This document shows positions 49,674 through 58,485 of a stretch of DNA of 64,000 nt, piece after piece (the first letter of the stretch is position 1; each line of letters begins with the position of its first letter). The stretch comes from an uncultured Pelagibacteraceae bacterium. Lineage in GTDB: Bacteria > Pseudomonadota > Alphaproteobacteria > Pelagibacterales > Pelagibacteraceae. Where the stretch lies: assembly GCA_902597675.1 (NCBI GenBank), contig CACJYR010000001.1, positions 7,659 to 71,658 of the forward strand, read 5' to 3'. The position numbers were made by a program, and so were the translations under genes. A model generated the notes under the pieces. It was not told the DNA's origin, did not search any database, and saw nothing but the letters and a program-made list of their open reading frames with translations.

Positions 49674-52600
49674 TTATAATCTATCTATTAATTGAGAACC
49701 ATAATCGTCCCAATCAGAATATTCCTTGGATAATTGGGATGACAACGAGACAAATTTAGTTTCATTTTCTATAATGTTTTTAGTTTCTTGAGCATTTTCA
49801 TTTACAAAATCTAATTTGATATCTTTAACTGATAACTCACCACTAGGATTTTCTACAATAACTTTTAAGTCTATAGATTGAACATTTTCTGGTGGTGTTG
49901 CAGTGACTTTCCCTGTTTTTGGATCATATATAATCCACTCAGGGAGTTCTTGTCCATTATCTAAAACCACTTTAAGATTTTGCCAAGGTAGTTCAACCTC
50001 GAAATTTTCTTTTTCAGCTTTAGCTTCTAAATTTAAAAATTCATTTGGCTCTATTGTTTTTAATAACTCATCAATATCTTCAATTTTATTTATTACCTCT
50101 GTCTTAGTTTTATCAATTTTTCCTTGTTCATTTATAGAGTTCAGTTTTACAGATCCATCGTTTTTAACTTCTAATTTATTTGCTCTTTCTATCTTTCTAG
50201 ATTGTTTTAAGATTTCTTTATCTTCAGCAATCTTCTTTGAGTCGATAACTACAGTTACTTGCTTCTTATTATTATCTTCATCAACAGCAATAATCTTAAA
50301 CTCCACCATTTTCATACCTTTAGGAATATCAGTTTTTGTTTTTCCTGTTTTTGGATTAATCTTAATCCAATCTGGTAAGGCGCTTCCATCTTTCATTTCA
50401 CCATAGTACTTTTGTACTTCTTTCCCCTCGTCATTAAATACTTTGAATTTTACCTTGAGTGCTTTATCTGAATGTTTTGCAATAATTTTATCAACATAGA
50501 TATCCAAACCTTTATCTTTCAGTTCTAAAGAATTCGATTCTGCGACTAAGTCTACGAGTTTCAAGCCTTGGTTAAATTCAGCACTTTTAGCTAATTTAGA
50601 TTTGGGTATCTTTAATTCTTTTCGTTCAAGTCTTTTTTCTCTTTTTAATTTTTTTAATTGTCTATCTTCTTCTCGTTTTTGTCTTTTTTCTTCTCTTTTT
50701 TCTTTCTTAGGTTTTTTTACCTCGTCAGGATTTGGTTCATTTTTAGCATCGCCATCGATACCTGTTATTGTAAAAGTTATTGTTCCAATATCTATTGCTT
50801 TTGAACCAGCATTTGTCTCATCATCCATGACTTTGTAAGAAAAAACGTCGGTTGCAGTTTCACCCGATCTTAAAGCAATTGTCGCTGCATTGCCTGTTAC
50901 ACTATAAGTGTAAGCCCCTCCACTATTGATTGTTAAGTCACCATACGTACCTGATACAGCACTACCCACATTTGAATTTGCCAATGTTGATCCTTCAGCA
51001 CCTGCGCCAACTCCTCTAACTCCTAGAGCTGATGAAGCATCATCACTATCTGTGTCATTTGTTAAAACATTTCCTGTAGCATCATTATCACCTGCTGTAA
51101 TACTTCCTGTATCATTAATAGCAACTGGTGCTGCGTTAACAGAAATAGTCATAGTATAAGTTGTTCCTTCAGTAGCTTCACCATCATAAGCTCTAAAAGT
51201 AAAACTATCATCAGCTTCAGAATTTGCATTTGGAGTGTACCTTAAATTACTAATGTTTGTTATTGTATCGTTGACAGAGGGTTGCGCCCCATTGTTTATT
51301 TTTGTTAATGTTCCCGAAGATGGTAATGATTTAATTTTTATTCCAACATCATCATCTGGATCGGTATAATTGGTAAAATCGGAAGCAGCAAAATCTTTTC
51401 TAATATTTAATGAAGTTCTAGCTCCGTGAGTAGCGTCAGTATTATTTTCATTGATATAAACTGTTTCATTTCCAGCTGTAGGAGCATCGTTAGCACCTAC
51501 TATCGTAAAAGTAATTGTTGCTGTATCTGTTCCACTACCACCATCAGACAGGGTGTAATTGAACACATCTGTAGCTGTTTCACCTGTGTCTAATGCATCA
51601 GCAGCTGTCTGGTTTGCTACATAAGTATAAGAACCATTAGCGTTTATGGTTAATTGTCCATAAGTACCTGTTAAAGCTTGGCCTAAGGTCCCAGCTGTAC
51701 CACTTCCTTCAGTACCGCCAGTTCTAATTGCACTTACAGTCAGACTTGCATCAGCATCAGCATCACTATCAGCATGGGAACTTGAACTTGTATTTATTAC
51801 ATCTCCTGAGTGTTCACCAGTTGCATCAAAATCTCCTGATACATTCGCATTATCTCCATCACTAACTGTTAAAGTTCCACCTTCAACAATTACCCCCTCA
51901 TCATTTTGAGCAGTTGTAGGATCATTTACTCCTGTAACTGTAATTGTTAAAGTTGCAGTGTCAGTTGCTGTTCCGTCTGAAATAGTATACGTAAAAACAT
52001 CTGTTACTGTATCCCCTGCATCTAGTGCATCTGCAGCATCTTGATCAGCTACATAGGTATAAGTTCCATCAGCACCTAAAGTTAAAGTACCATAAGTTCC
52101 TGTAACACTTGTTCCATTACTATTATATGAGCTTCCTGCACTAACTGATGTTGTACCTCCTAAACCTTCACCCCCAGTTTTTATTGCTGTAACAGTAAGT
52201 GATGCACTATCATCTGGATCAGTATCGTCTGCCATTAATAAACTTGACCCAGAAGTTTGGGTTACAGTTGCATCCTCATTAACACTATCAATGTCATCGA
52301 CTGCTACTGGTGCATCATTCACTCCTGTAACTGTAATTGTTAAAGTTGCTGTGCTAGTCTGTGCTCCATCAGAAAGAGTATAAGTAAAGATATCTGTGAC
52401 ATTATCATTTAAATCTAAATCATCAGCAGCACTTTGATCAGCTACATAGGTATAAGTTCCATCAGCTCCTACAGTCAAAGTACCATAAGTACCGGTTACG
52501 GACGTTCCACTACTATTATAAGAACTATGTAATGCAACACTTGAAGATGAACCACCATTTGGTTGAATTGCAGTCACTGTTAAAGTATCGTGATCATCAA

Positions 52601-55600
52601 CATCTGTATCATCAGCGACAAGGAGGCTAGAACCTGAACTTTGTGTTATTGTAGCATCTTCATTAACGCTATCGGTGTCATTTACTCCCGTTGGAGAGTC
52701 GTTTACCCCTACAATGGTAATCACTATTTTTCCAATATCAGTATCAGTACCATCAGATACAGTGTAGTTAAAAGAATCTGTTACAACATCACCTGCATCT
52801 AAATCCTCTGCAGCTGATTGGTTTGCCGCATAACTATAGGATCCATTGGCATTTAAAGTTAACTGACCATAAGTACCTGTCAAAGCAGAACCAACAGAAC
52901 TTGCAGCAGTACCACTACCTTCCGATGCCCCTGTTCTATATGAAGTTACTGTTAAAGTATCACTATTTGCATCCGTATCATCTCCCAGAACATCACCATC
53001 ATGCTCTCCAGAAACATTTGCAACTAAATTAAATGGACTTACTAAAGTGTATGTTTCAATTGTATCTTGCGCAAAATCAGCATTGAACATTTTTGTTCCA
53101 TCGTGATTAAAAGCTATCCCAGCTGGATCTGGATTACTATAAGCAACAGTATATGCACCTTTGTAAGTATGTCCTCCGTCAATATCAAACGCTGTTGTGA
53201 GTTCATATTCGACAATCTGATCATTTCCATTAATTGCTATAAATAATCTTGTGCCATCGTGGTTAAATGACATGCCTTGTTGAAAATTATCACCACCAGG
53301 ATCTGAAATATCAAGACTACTTGCAGAACCTTTTGTGGATGGATCATAAGCTGTGCTTAGAGTATATTCATAAATTCTATCATCAGCAGCAGAGGCGGCT
53401 CCATGCAAAATATACATCTTAGTTCCATCATTGTTAAACATAATGTCTCTTGGATTATTACTACCTGTGGCAGTATTATATCCTGAAATATAATCGTTAG
53501 TGGCATGAACATTTGCAAGACTATAAGCAGTACCTAAAGACCAAGCATGTACCTCGTCGCTACCATTACCCACCATATAAATTTTTGTACCATCATTATT
53601 AAATGCAATACCCTGCGGGTAAACATCCTTTCCACTTACATCTAAAACATTACCACTTTCATGAGTTGCCGAAGTTGGATCAAAAGCTGTGCTTAAAGTG
53701 TACTCATTTATTTCATCCCCTGAAGGACCTGTAATAAACATTTTCGTACCATCAGGATTAAAAATAACATCTGTTACAGTAGACTCTTCATTACTTACAT
53801 CTTTAGCGGTTCCTCTTGAAACAGGGGTAACATCATTAGCACTAGCGCCATCACTAACTGATAAAGTTGCATTCTCATTAATAGTTCCTGTGTTGTCTGC
53901 TGCAACTGGTGCGGAGTTTGTTACAGTTATAGTAAGTGTACCAGTATCAGTCGCTGCTCCATCTGAAAGAGTATAAGTAAAAACATCAGTACCTCCACTT
54001 GAACCAGCAATATATTGATAAGTTCCATCTGCACCAATTCTCAGAGTACCATAACTACCTGTTACAGATGTGTAGCCTGAATTATAAGAAGTCAGTTGTG
54101 TCACAGCTGTAGCACTTCCACCTGCGGTGGTAGCAACAATACTTGTTACATTTAATGATGCACTAGCATCAACGTCAGTGTCGCCATGTAAAAGGTCCGA
54201 TGTACCATCTGTAACTGTAAGGGTATTGCTTGCACCAATAGAGCCAGTTTCATCATCTGCAACTGGACTATCATTGATACCTATTACTGTAATTTCAATT
54301 ACGGCTATATCGGTTACTGTTCCATCTGAAACTGTATAGTTAAAACTATCAGTTACCACATCTCCAGAGTCTAAAGCATCAGCAGCATCTTGATTTGCCA
54401 CATAAGTATAAGACCCATTTGAATTAAGTGTTAACTGACCATAAGTTCCAGTTAATGCTGCACCAACTGTTCCAGCAGTTCCATTTCCCTCACTTGATCC
54501 TGTTCTAACTGCAGTAACTGTTAAAGTATCACTATCAGCATCTGTATCATCACCTAAAACATCCCCATCATGTTCATCTTTTACATTAATAAGGTTATAA
54601 GGGCTGGTCAGGTTATATTCATGAACATCATCGGTATTATAACCCATCATAAACATTTTAGTTCCCATTTTATTGAATAAAAGACTGAAAGGTTCAGTAT
54701 CAAGATCAAGCCCATCATTTGGATTAAGTCTTATATTATATTCACCGACATAAGTTCCGGTTGACACATCGTAGGCAGTTGATAATTTGTATTCTGTAAT
54801 ATCTTTACCTTGACCTCCCACAACAAACAATCTTGTACCATCTATATTGAATTCTATATCTCTAGGCAAAGTCTCTTTTGCAGATATATCTAAACGATTA
54901 GAGTCTGAACGAGATGCTGTTGAAAGATCATATGCGGTCGAAAGATGAATTTCCTCAATGTTACCCCCATTAAAACCTGCTACAAATAATTTTGTTCCAT
55001 CATTGTTAAATCTAATTCCACATGGCCTAGTATCTCCAGCAGCAAATTCTACTACACTACCAGTTTGAGTGCTAACATCATAAGCAGTTCCCAGGGTATA
55101 TTGAAAAACTTTTCCAGCACCGAGACCACCACTTACATATAATTTTGTTCCATCATTATTAAAAGTTAAACCGAATGGTTCATCTGTTTGGCCACTAACA
55201 TCTAACTTTTGAGCATCCCCCTGATAACTTGCAGTTGAAACATCATAAGCAGTTGACAAGTGATATTCTTTTATCGCATCACCATCATTTCCTCCATGAA
55301 ACATTCTTGTGCCATCGTTATTAAAAGCTAAGCCCGCAGTAAAATTTTCACTTGACACAGCTGACATATCAAATGTGTCATTTGCATCATAGGTAATTGC
55401 TGCAGTTGTAATACTATTTGCACTAGCTCCATCACTAACTGTAAGAGTACCATCCTCATTTACAATCCCTGTGTTATCTGCTGCTACAGGAGCAGAATTT
55501 ACGGTTATGGTTAATGTTGCGGTGGTTGTTGCAGTACCATCGTATAATGTATAGGTAAATACATCAGTCCCTCCACTTGAGCCAGCAATATATTGATAAG

Positions 55601-58322
55601 TTCCATCTGCACCAATTCTCAGAGTACCATAACTACCTGTTACAGAAGTATAACCCGAACTATAAGTAGTTCCAGGATTGACATCGGTTGCGCTACCACC
55701 AGCAGTAGTTGCTGTAATACTAGATACACTTAAAGATGCATGAGCATCAACATCAGTGTCATTATTTAAAACATCTGAACTTCCATCAGTTACAGTTAAA
55801 GTTTGGCTAGCTGCAACACTATTAGTATCGTTATTTGCAACTGGAGCATCATTGATACCTATTATAGTTATAGTGATAACTGCTATGTCTGTTCCACCAT
55901 TATTATCTGAGACAGTATAATTAAAACTTTCAGTAACCACATCGCCTGGGTCTAAAGCGTCAGCCGCAGCAGTATTGGCTGCATAAGTGTAAGAACCATT
56001 AGCAGCTAAAGTTAACTGACCATAGGTACCTGTTAATACTGAGCCAGCTGATACTTCTGTTCCACTTCCTTCTACTGATCCCAATCTGACTAGTGTAACT
56101 GATAAATTATCACCATTGGCATCAGTGTCATAAGCGTCTGTATCAGAGGTGTCAATTACATCTCCTGTATATACACCTGAATAAGTACATAAACTAAAAG
56201 GTGATGTAAGTGCATATTCGTTTACTTCATCATCACTATTTCCGACAATAAACATCTTAGATCCATCATTATTAAATGCTATTCCAGATGGATTTACCTC
56301 TTGACTACTCACTCCAAGAAAACATACATGGCTTGCTGTTGAAATATCAAAACCAGTAGTTAATTTATATTCATCTACTCCATTACCACGTGTTCCAACT
56401 ATGAACATTCTAGTTCCATCGGTATTAAATTCTATACCAAATGGCTCATCATCATAATCATCAAGATCTAAAGATCGTACATAAGTTACTGTAGATGAAA
56501 GATCAAAACCTACTGAAAGCGAATATTCATATATAAAATCAGTATTATTACCAGTCATGAACATTTTTGTACCATCGTTATTAAAATCAAGACCAAAAGG
56601 ATTACCATCTTGACTAGAGACACTGTAAGTAGTCTCAGGTGTACTACCATTTGCAGCTGTTGTAATATCAAAAGCTGTGTTAAGTAAAAATTCTTTTACT
56701 CCGCCAGTACTTATAGTAAACATTTTTGTTCCATCATCATTAAACTTTACACTCATTGGAGCATGACCCACAGCAAATCTGTCTCTATAAGATGCTGTTG
56801 ATACATCGAAGGCAGTAGTTAATGTATACTCGTTTATTTCCGAACCGGAGGTTCCTGTAACATACATTTTTGTTCCATCATGATTAAAAGTTATACCTCT
56901 AGCATTAGCATCTTCACTCGAAACACTTTTCGGACTTGTATCGTGTACTACTGCAGATACATTTGACGGATTATCCCCATCATCAACTGTTAAAGTTGAA
57001 TTTTCATTTACAGTTCCAGAGTCATTTCGAGCAACTGGAGCAACATTACCTTGAGCAGCTGTGATGACACGAATGTAATCACCTTTGTCACCATTCTTAG
57101 CTCCTAGTCTTAATGTTTTTTTATCAGAACCAATCGATACCCAGTCACCTGCGGTTGTAGAGCTAGTGGTATCACTACTATAAAATTGAAAACTTTCAAA
57201 TTTTCTATCATTATAACCACTATCCCCATGAGTTGGATACGTTGCTCCTGATTTATGAATATTAACTTTAGTTTCGGTATTAGAATTTTGCGTAAAGATA
57301 CCATAGATCTCATATTCAAAAACTATTTGACCAATTTTATCCACTCTGTCAGCTGTCGTATGATCATCATTTAAAAAAACTAAATAAGAGTTTACTGGTA
57401 AAGTTGTAGTATCATGAGCTACAGATGTTTGACCATCATCAGTATAATCTAGTATTAGTGAGCCCGCATTATTCACATTCTCACTTTCAAGAGTAACAAC
57501 AAAATCAAATCCACTCGTTGAACGTTGTCCACTAGAATTTTGTGCTCTCGCTCTAAAATCTGTTGCACTTGGCTTTTCTTCTACAAATGAGTTGATACTT
57601 GTAATACCATTTTGTAATAATGAATGATCGTACTCAACAACTTTGACATTTTGAGTTTCAACTACACCGATTTTTTTCTCTAATTCCCAGTCACCACCTT
57701 TACCAGTGACATCATCTGATGCTGCAATATCAGCCTTGGTTATTTCTGAAATTTTACTAATTAAAGCTTTACCACCTTCGGTACTTGCAACATTACATCC
57801 ATAGAATAAAATATCTCCGTCTTCTGTCAAAGATTGACCAATCGATCTCAGGGTTTGGTTGTATGATTGAATGGTATCATTTGAAAGTGTTGCATTACCA
57901 AATAAAATTTTTCCAGCACTACCATGACCAATTATATGTAATGAAGAAATTTCCTGATCATTTTTAAGAACTTTATCTATCTTTTTAAAACCATCCTCAC
58001 TAGATTGAATAAGATAAACTTCAGTATCTTTATTAAAGGCATTAATTAAAGTTTGATAATCTTGAACCTGCGAGTCTATAAATACAACTTGTTTTCGATC
58101 ATTTCTTTTTTGATCTCTAGCTAATTGATCAAATGGAAGTTTTTGAGAATTATCATCAATTTTATGCTCTGAAAATTTTGATATTTTTTGGGTATTTTTA
58201 TTTAATAATTTATCTTTGCTTCTCTCATCTATTATATCTAGTGCTGTGGAAGCTCCAGCACCATCAAGCATGATTCTTTGCTCTAATGCTTCAATAAATA
58301 TTTTTTTTTTATTATTCTTCAT
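49674..58322 (-). CDS. Giant surface protein (2882 aa): LEPRxLL-type motif, DUF4347, VCBS/cadherin-like Ig repeats, three beta-propellers, C-terminal CADG-like domains
   Basis: IEALEQRIMLDGA; VVFIDSQV...LHIIGHGS...ILFYGCNVA...AASDDVTG.GGDWELE (57667-58095); repeated GTYGQLTL.ANGSYTY and N.AP.A.ND; 15 FNxDGTKMF-type repeats. Confidence 0.92.
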   Translation of the reverse strand: MKNNKKKIFIEALEQRIMLDGAGASTALDIIDERSKDKLLNKNTQKISKFSEHKIDDNSQKLPFDQLARDQKRNDRKQVVFIDSQVQDYQTLINAFNKDTEVYLIQSSEDGFKKIDKVLKNDQEISSLHIIGHGSAGKILFGNATLSNDTIQSYNQTLRSIGQSLTEDGDILFYGCNVASTEGGKALISKISEITKADIAASDDVTGKGGDWELEKKIGVVETQNVKVVEYDHSLLQNGITSINSFVEEKPSATDFRARAQNSSGQRSTSGFDFVVTLESENVNNAGSLILDYTDDGQTSVAHDTTTLPVNSYLVFLNDDHTTADRVDKIGQIVFEYEIYGIFTQNSNTETKVNIHKSGATYPTHGDSGYNDRKFESFQFYSSDTTSSTTAGDWVSIGSDKKTLRLGAKNGDKGDYIRVITAAQGNVAPVARNDSGTVNENSTLTVDDGDNPSNVSAVVHDTSPKSVSSEDANARGITFNHDGTKMYVTGTSGSEINEYTLTTAFDVSTASYRDRFAVGHAPMSVKFNDDGTKMFTISTGGVKEFLLNTAFDITTAANGSTPETTYSVSSQDGNPFGLDFNNDGTKMFMTGNNTDFIYEYSLSVGFDLSSTVTYVRSLDLDDYDDEPFGIEFNTDGTRMFIVGTRGNGVDEYKLTTGFDISTASHVCFLGVSSQEVNPSGIAFNNDGSKMFIVGNSDDEVNEYALTSPFSLCTYSGVYTGDVIDTSDTDAYDTDANGDNLSVTLVRLGSVEGSGTEVSAGSVLTGTYGQLTLAANGSYTYAANTAAADALDPGDVVTESFNYTVSDNNGGTDIAVITITIIGINDAPVANNDTNSVAASQTLTVTDGSSDVLNNDTDVDAHASLSVSSITATTAGGSATDVNPGTTYSSGYTSVTGSYGTLRIGADGTYQYIAGSSGGTDVFTYTLYDGTATTTATLTITVNSAPVAADNTGIVNEDGTLTVSDGASANSITTAAITYDANDTFDMSAVSSENFTAGLAFNNDGTRMFHGGNDGDAIKEYHLSTAYDVSTASYQGDAQKLDVSGQTDEPFGLTFNNDGTKLYVSGGLGAGKVFQYTLGTAYDVSTQTGSVVEFAAGDTRPCGIRFNNDGTKLFVAGFNGGNIEEIHLSTAYDLSTASRSDSNRLDISAKETLPRDIEFNIDGTRLFVVGGQGKDITEYKLSTAYDVSTGTYVGEYNIRLNPNDGLDLDTEPFSLLFNKMGTKMFMMGYNTDDVHEYNLTSPYNLINVKDEHDGDVLGDDTDADSDTLTVTAVRTGSSEGNGTAGTVGAALTGTYGQLTLNSNGSYTYVANQDAADALDSGDVVTDSFNYTVSDGTVTDIAVIEITVIGINDSPVADDETGSIGASNTLTVTDGTSDLLHGDTDVDASASLNVTSIVATTAGGSATAVTQLTSYNSGYTSVTGSYGTLRIGADGTYQYIAGSSGGTDVFTYTLSDGAATDTGTLTITVTNSAPVAADNTGTINENATLSVSDGASANDVTPVSRGTAKDVSNEESTVTDVIFNPDGTKMFITGPSGDEINEYTLSTAFDPTSATHESGNVLDVSGKDVYPQGIAFNNDGTKIYMVGNGSDEVHAWSLGTAYSLANVHATNDYISGYNTATGSNNPRDIMFNNDGTKMYILHGAASAADDRIYEYTLSTAYDPSTKGSASSLDISDPGGDNFQQGMSFNHDGTRLFIAINGNDQIVEYELTTAFDIDGGHTYKGAYTVAYSNPDPAGIAFNHDGTKMFNADFAQDTIETYTLVSPFNLVANVSGEHDGDVLGDDTDANSDTLTVTSYRTGASEGSGTAASSVGSALTGTYGQLTLNANGSYSYAANQSAAEDLDAGDVVTDSFNYTVSDGTDTDIGKIVITIVGVNDSPTGVNDTDSVNEDATITQSSGSSLLVADDTDVDDHDTLTVTAIQPNGGSSSSVALHSSYNSSGTSVTGTYGTLTVGADGTYTYVADQSAADDLDLNDNVTDIFTYTLSDGAQTSTATLTITVTGVNDAPVAVDDIDSVNEDATVTQTSGSSLLMADDTDPDDSASLTVTAIKTGGEGLGGTTSVSAGSSYNSNGTSVTGTYGTLTLGADGTYTYVADQDAADALDAGDTVTDVFTYTISDGTATDTATLTITVTGVNDPTTAQNDEGVIVEGGTLTVSDGDNANVSGDFDATGEHSGDVINTSSSSHADSDADADASLTVSAIRTGGTEGSGTAGTLGQALTGTYGQLTINANGSYTYVANQTAADALDTGETATDVFNYTLSDGGSGTDTATITFTIVGANDAPTAGNETVYINENNTDATHGARTSLNIRKDFAASDFTNYTDPDDDVGIKIKSLPSSGTLTKINNGAQPSVNDTITNISNLRYTPNANSEADDSFTFRAYDGEATEGTTYTMTISVNAAPVAINDTGSITAGDNDATGNVLTNDTDSDDASSALGVRGVGAGAEGSTLANSNVGSAVSGTYGDLTINSGGAYTYSVTGNAATIALRSGETATDVFSYKVMDDETNAGSKAIDIGTITFTITGIDGDAKNEPNPDEVKKPKKEKREEKRQKREEDRQLKKLKREKRLERKELKIPKSKLAKSAEFNQGLKLVDLVAESNSLELKDKGLDIYVDKIIAKHSDKALKVKFKVFNDEGKEVQKYYGEMKDGSALPDWIKINPKTGKTKTDIPKGMKMVEFKIIAVDEDNNKKQVTVVIDSKKIAEDKEILKQSRKIERANKLEVKNDGSVKLNSINEQGKIDKTKTEVINKIEDIDELLKTIEPNEFLNLEAKAEKENFEVELPWQNLKVVLDNGQELPEWIIYDPKTGKVTATPPENVQSIDLKVIVENPSGELSVKDIKLDFVNENAQETKNIIENETKFVSLSSQLSKEYSDWDDYGSQLIDRL
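51928..52466 (-). repeat. Tandem 131-aa Ig-domain duplication within the giant gene
   Basis: Identical 33-mers at 52041-52073 and 52434-52466, identical 29-mers at 51928-51956 and 52321-52349 (period 393 bp). Confidence 0.85.
53030..56940 (-). repeat. Three tandem ~526-aa modules (propeller-containing Ig plus plain Ig) within the giant gene; boundaries approximate
   Basis: 65-bp identical copies at 54004-54068 and 55582-55646 (period 1578 bp); three blocks of five blade repeats. Confidence 0.85.
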
Positions 58323-58485
58323 TCAAATAATTATAAGTCATACAACTCTAATCAAAAACACCTTGCTTCAAAAAGCCTTTTAATAAGTCTAAAAAAAACT
58401 TAAATTTAGTGTCCATAGAACTGAAAAAGCCCATATTGAACATATACTGATTTCAATTTAAAGTATATATTATAACATTTCACAA

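Noticed and set aside
51900-56000. Repeats as a CRISPR array or diversity-generating retroelement
   Set aside because: Repeats are in-frame protein-domain repeats with 393- and 1578-bp periods; no cas or reverse transcriptase gene in the window.
50760-57600. Visibly higher GC in the giant gene as evidence of horizontal transfer
   Set aside because: Explained by Gly/Ala/Thr/Asp-rich composition; third codon positions still look AT-rich. Not computed.
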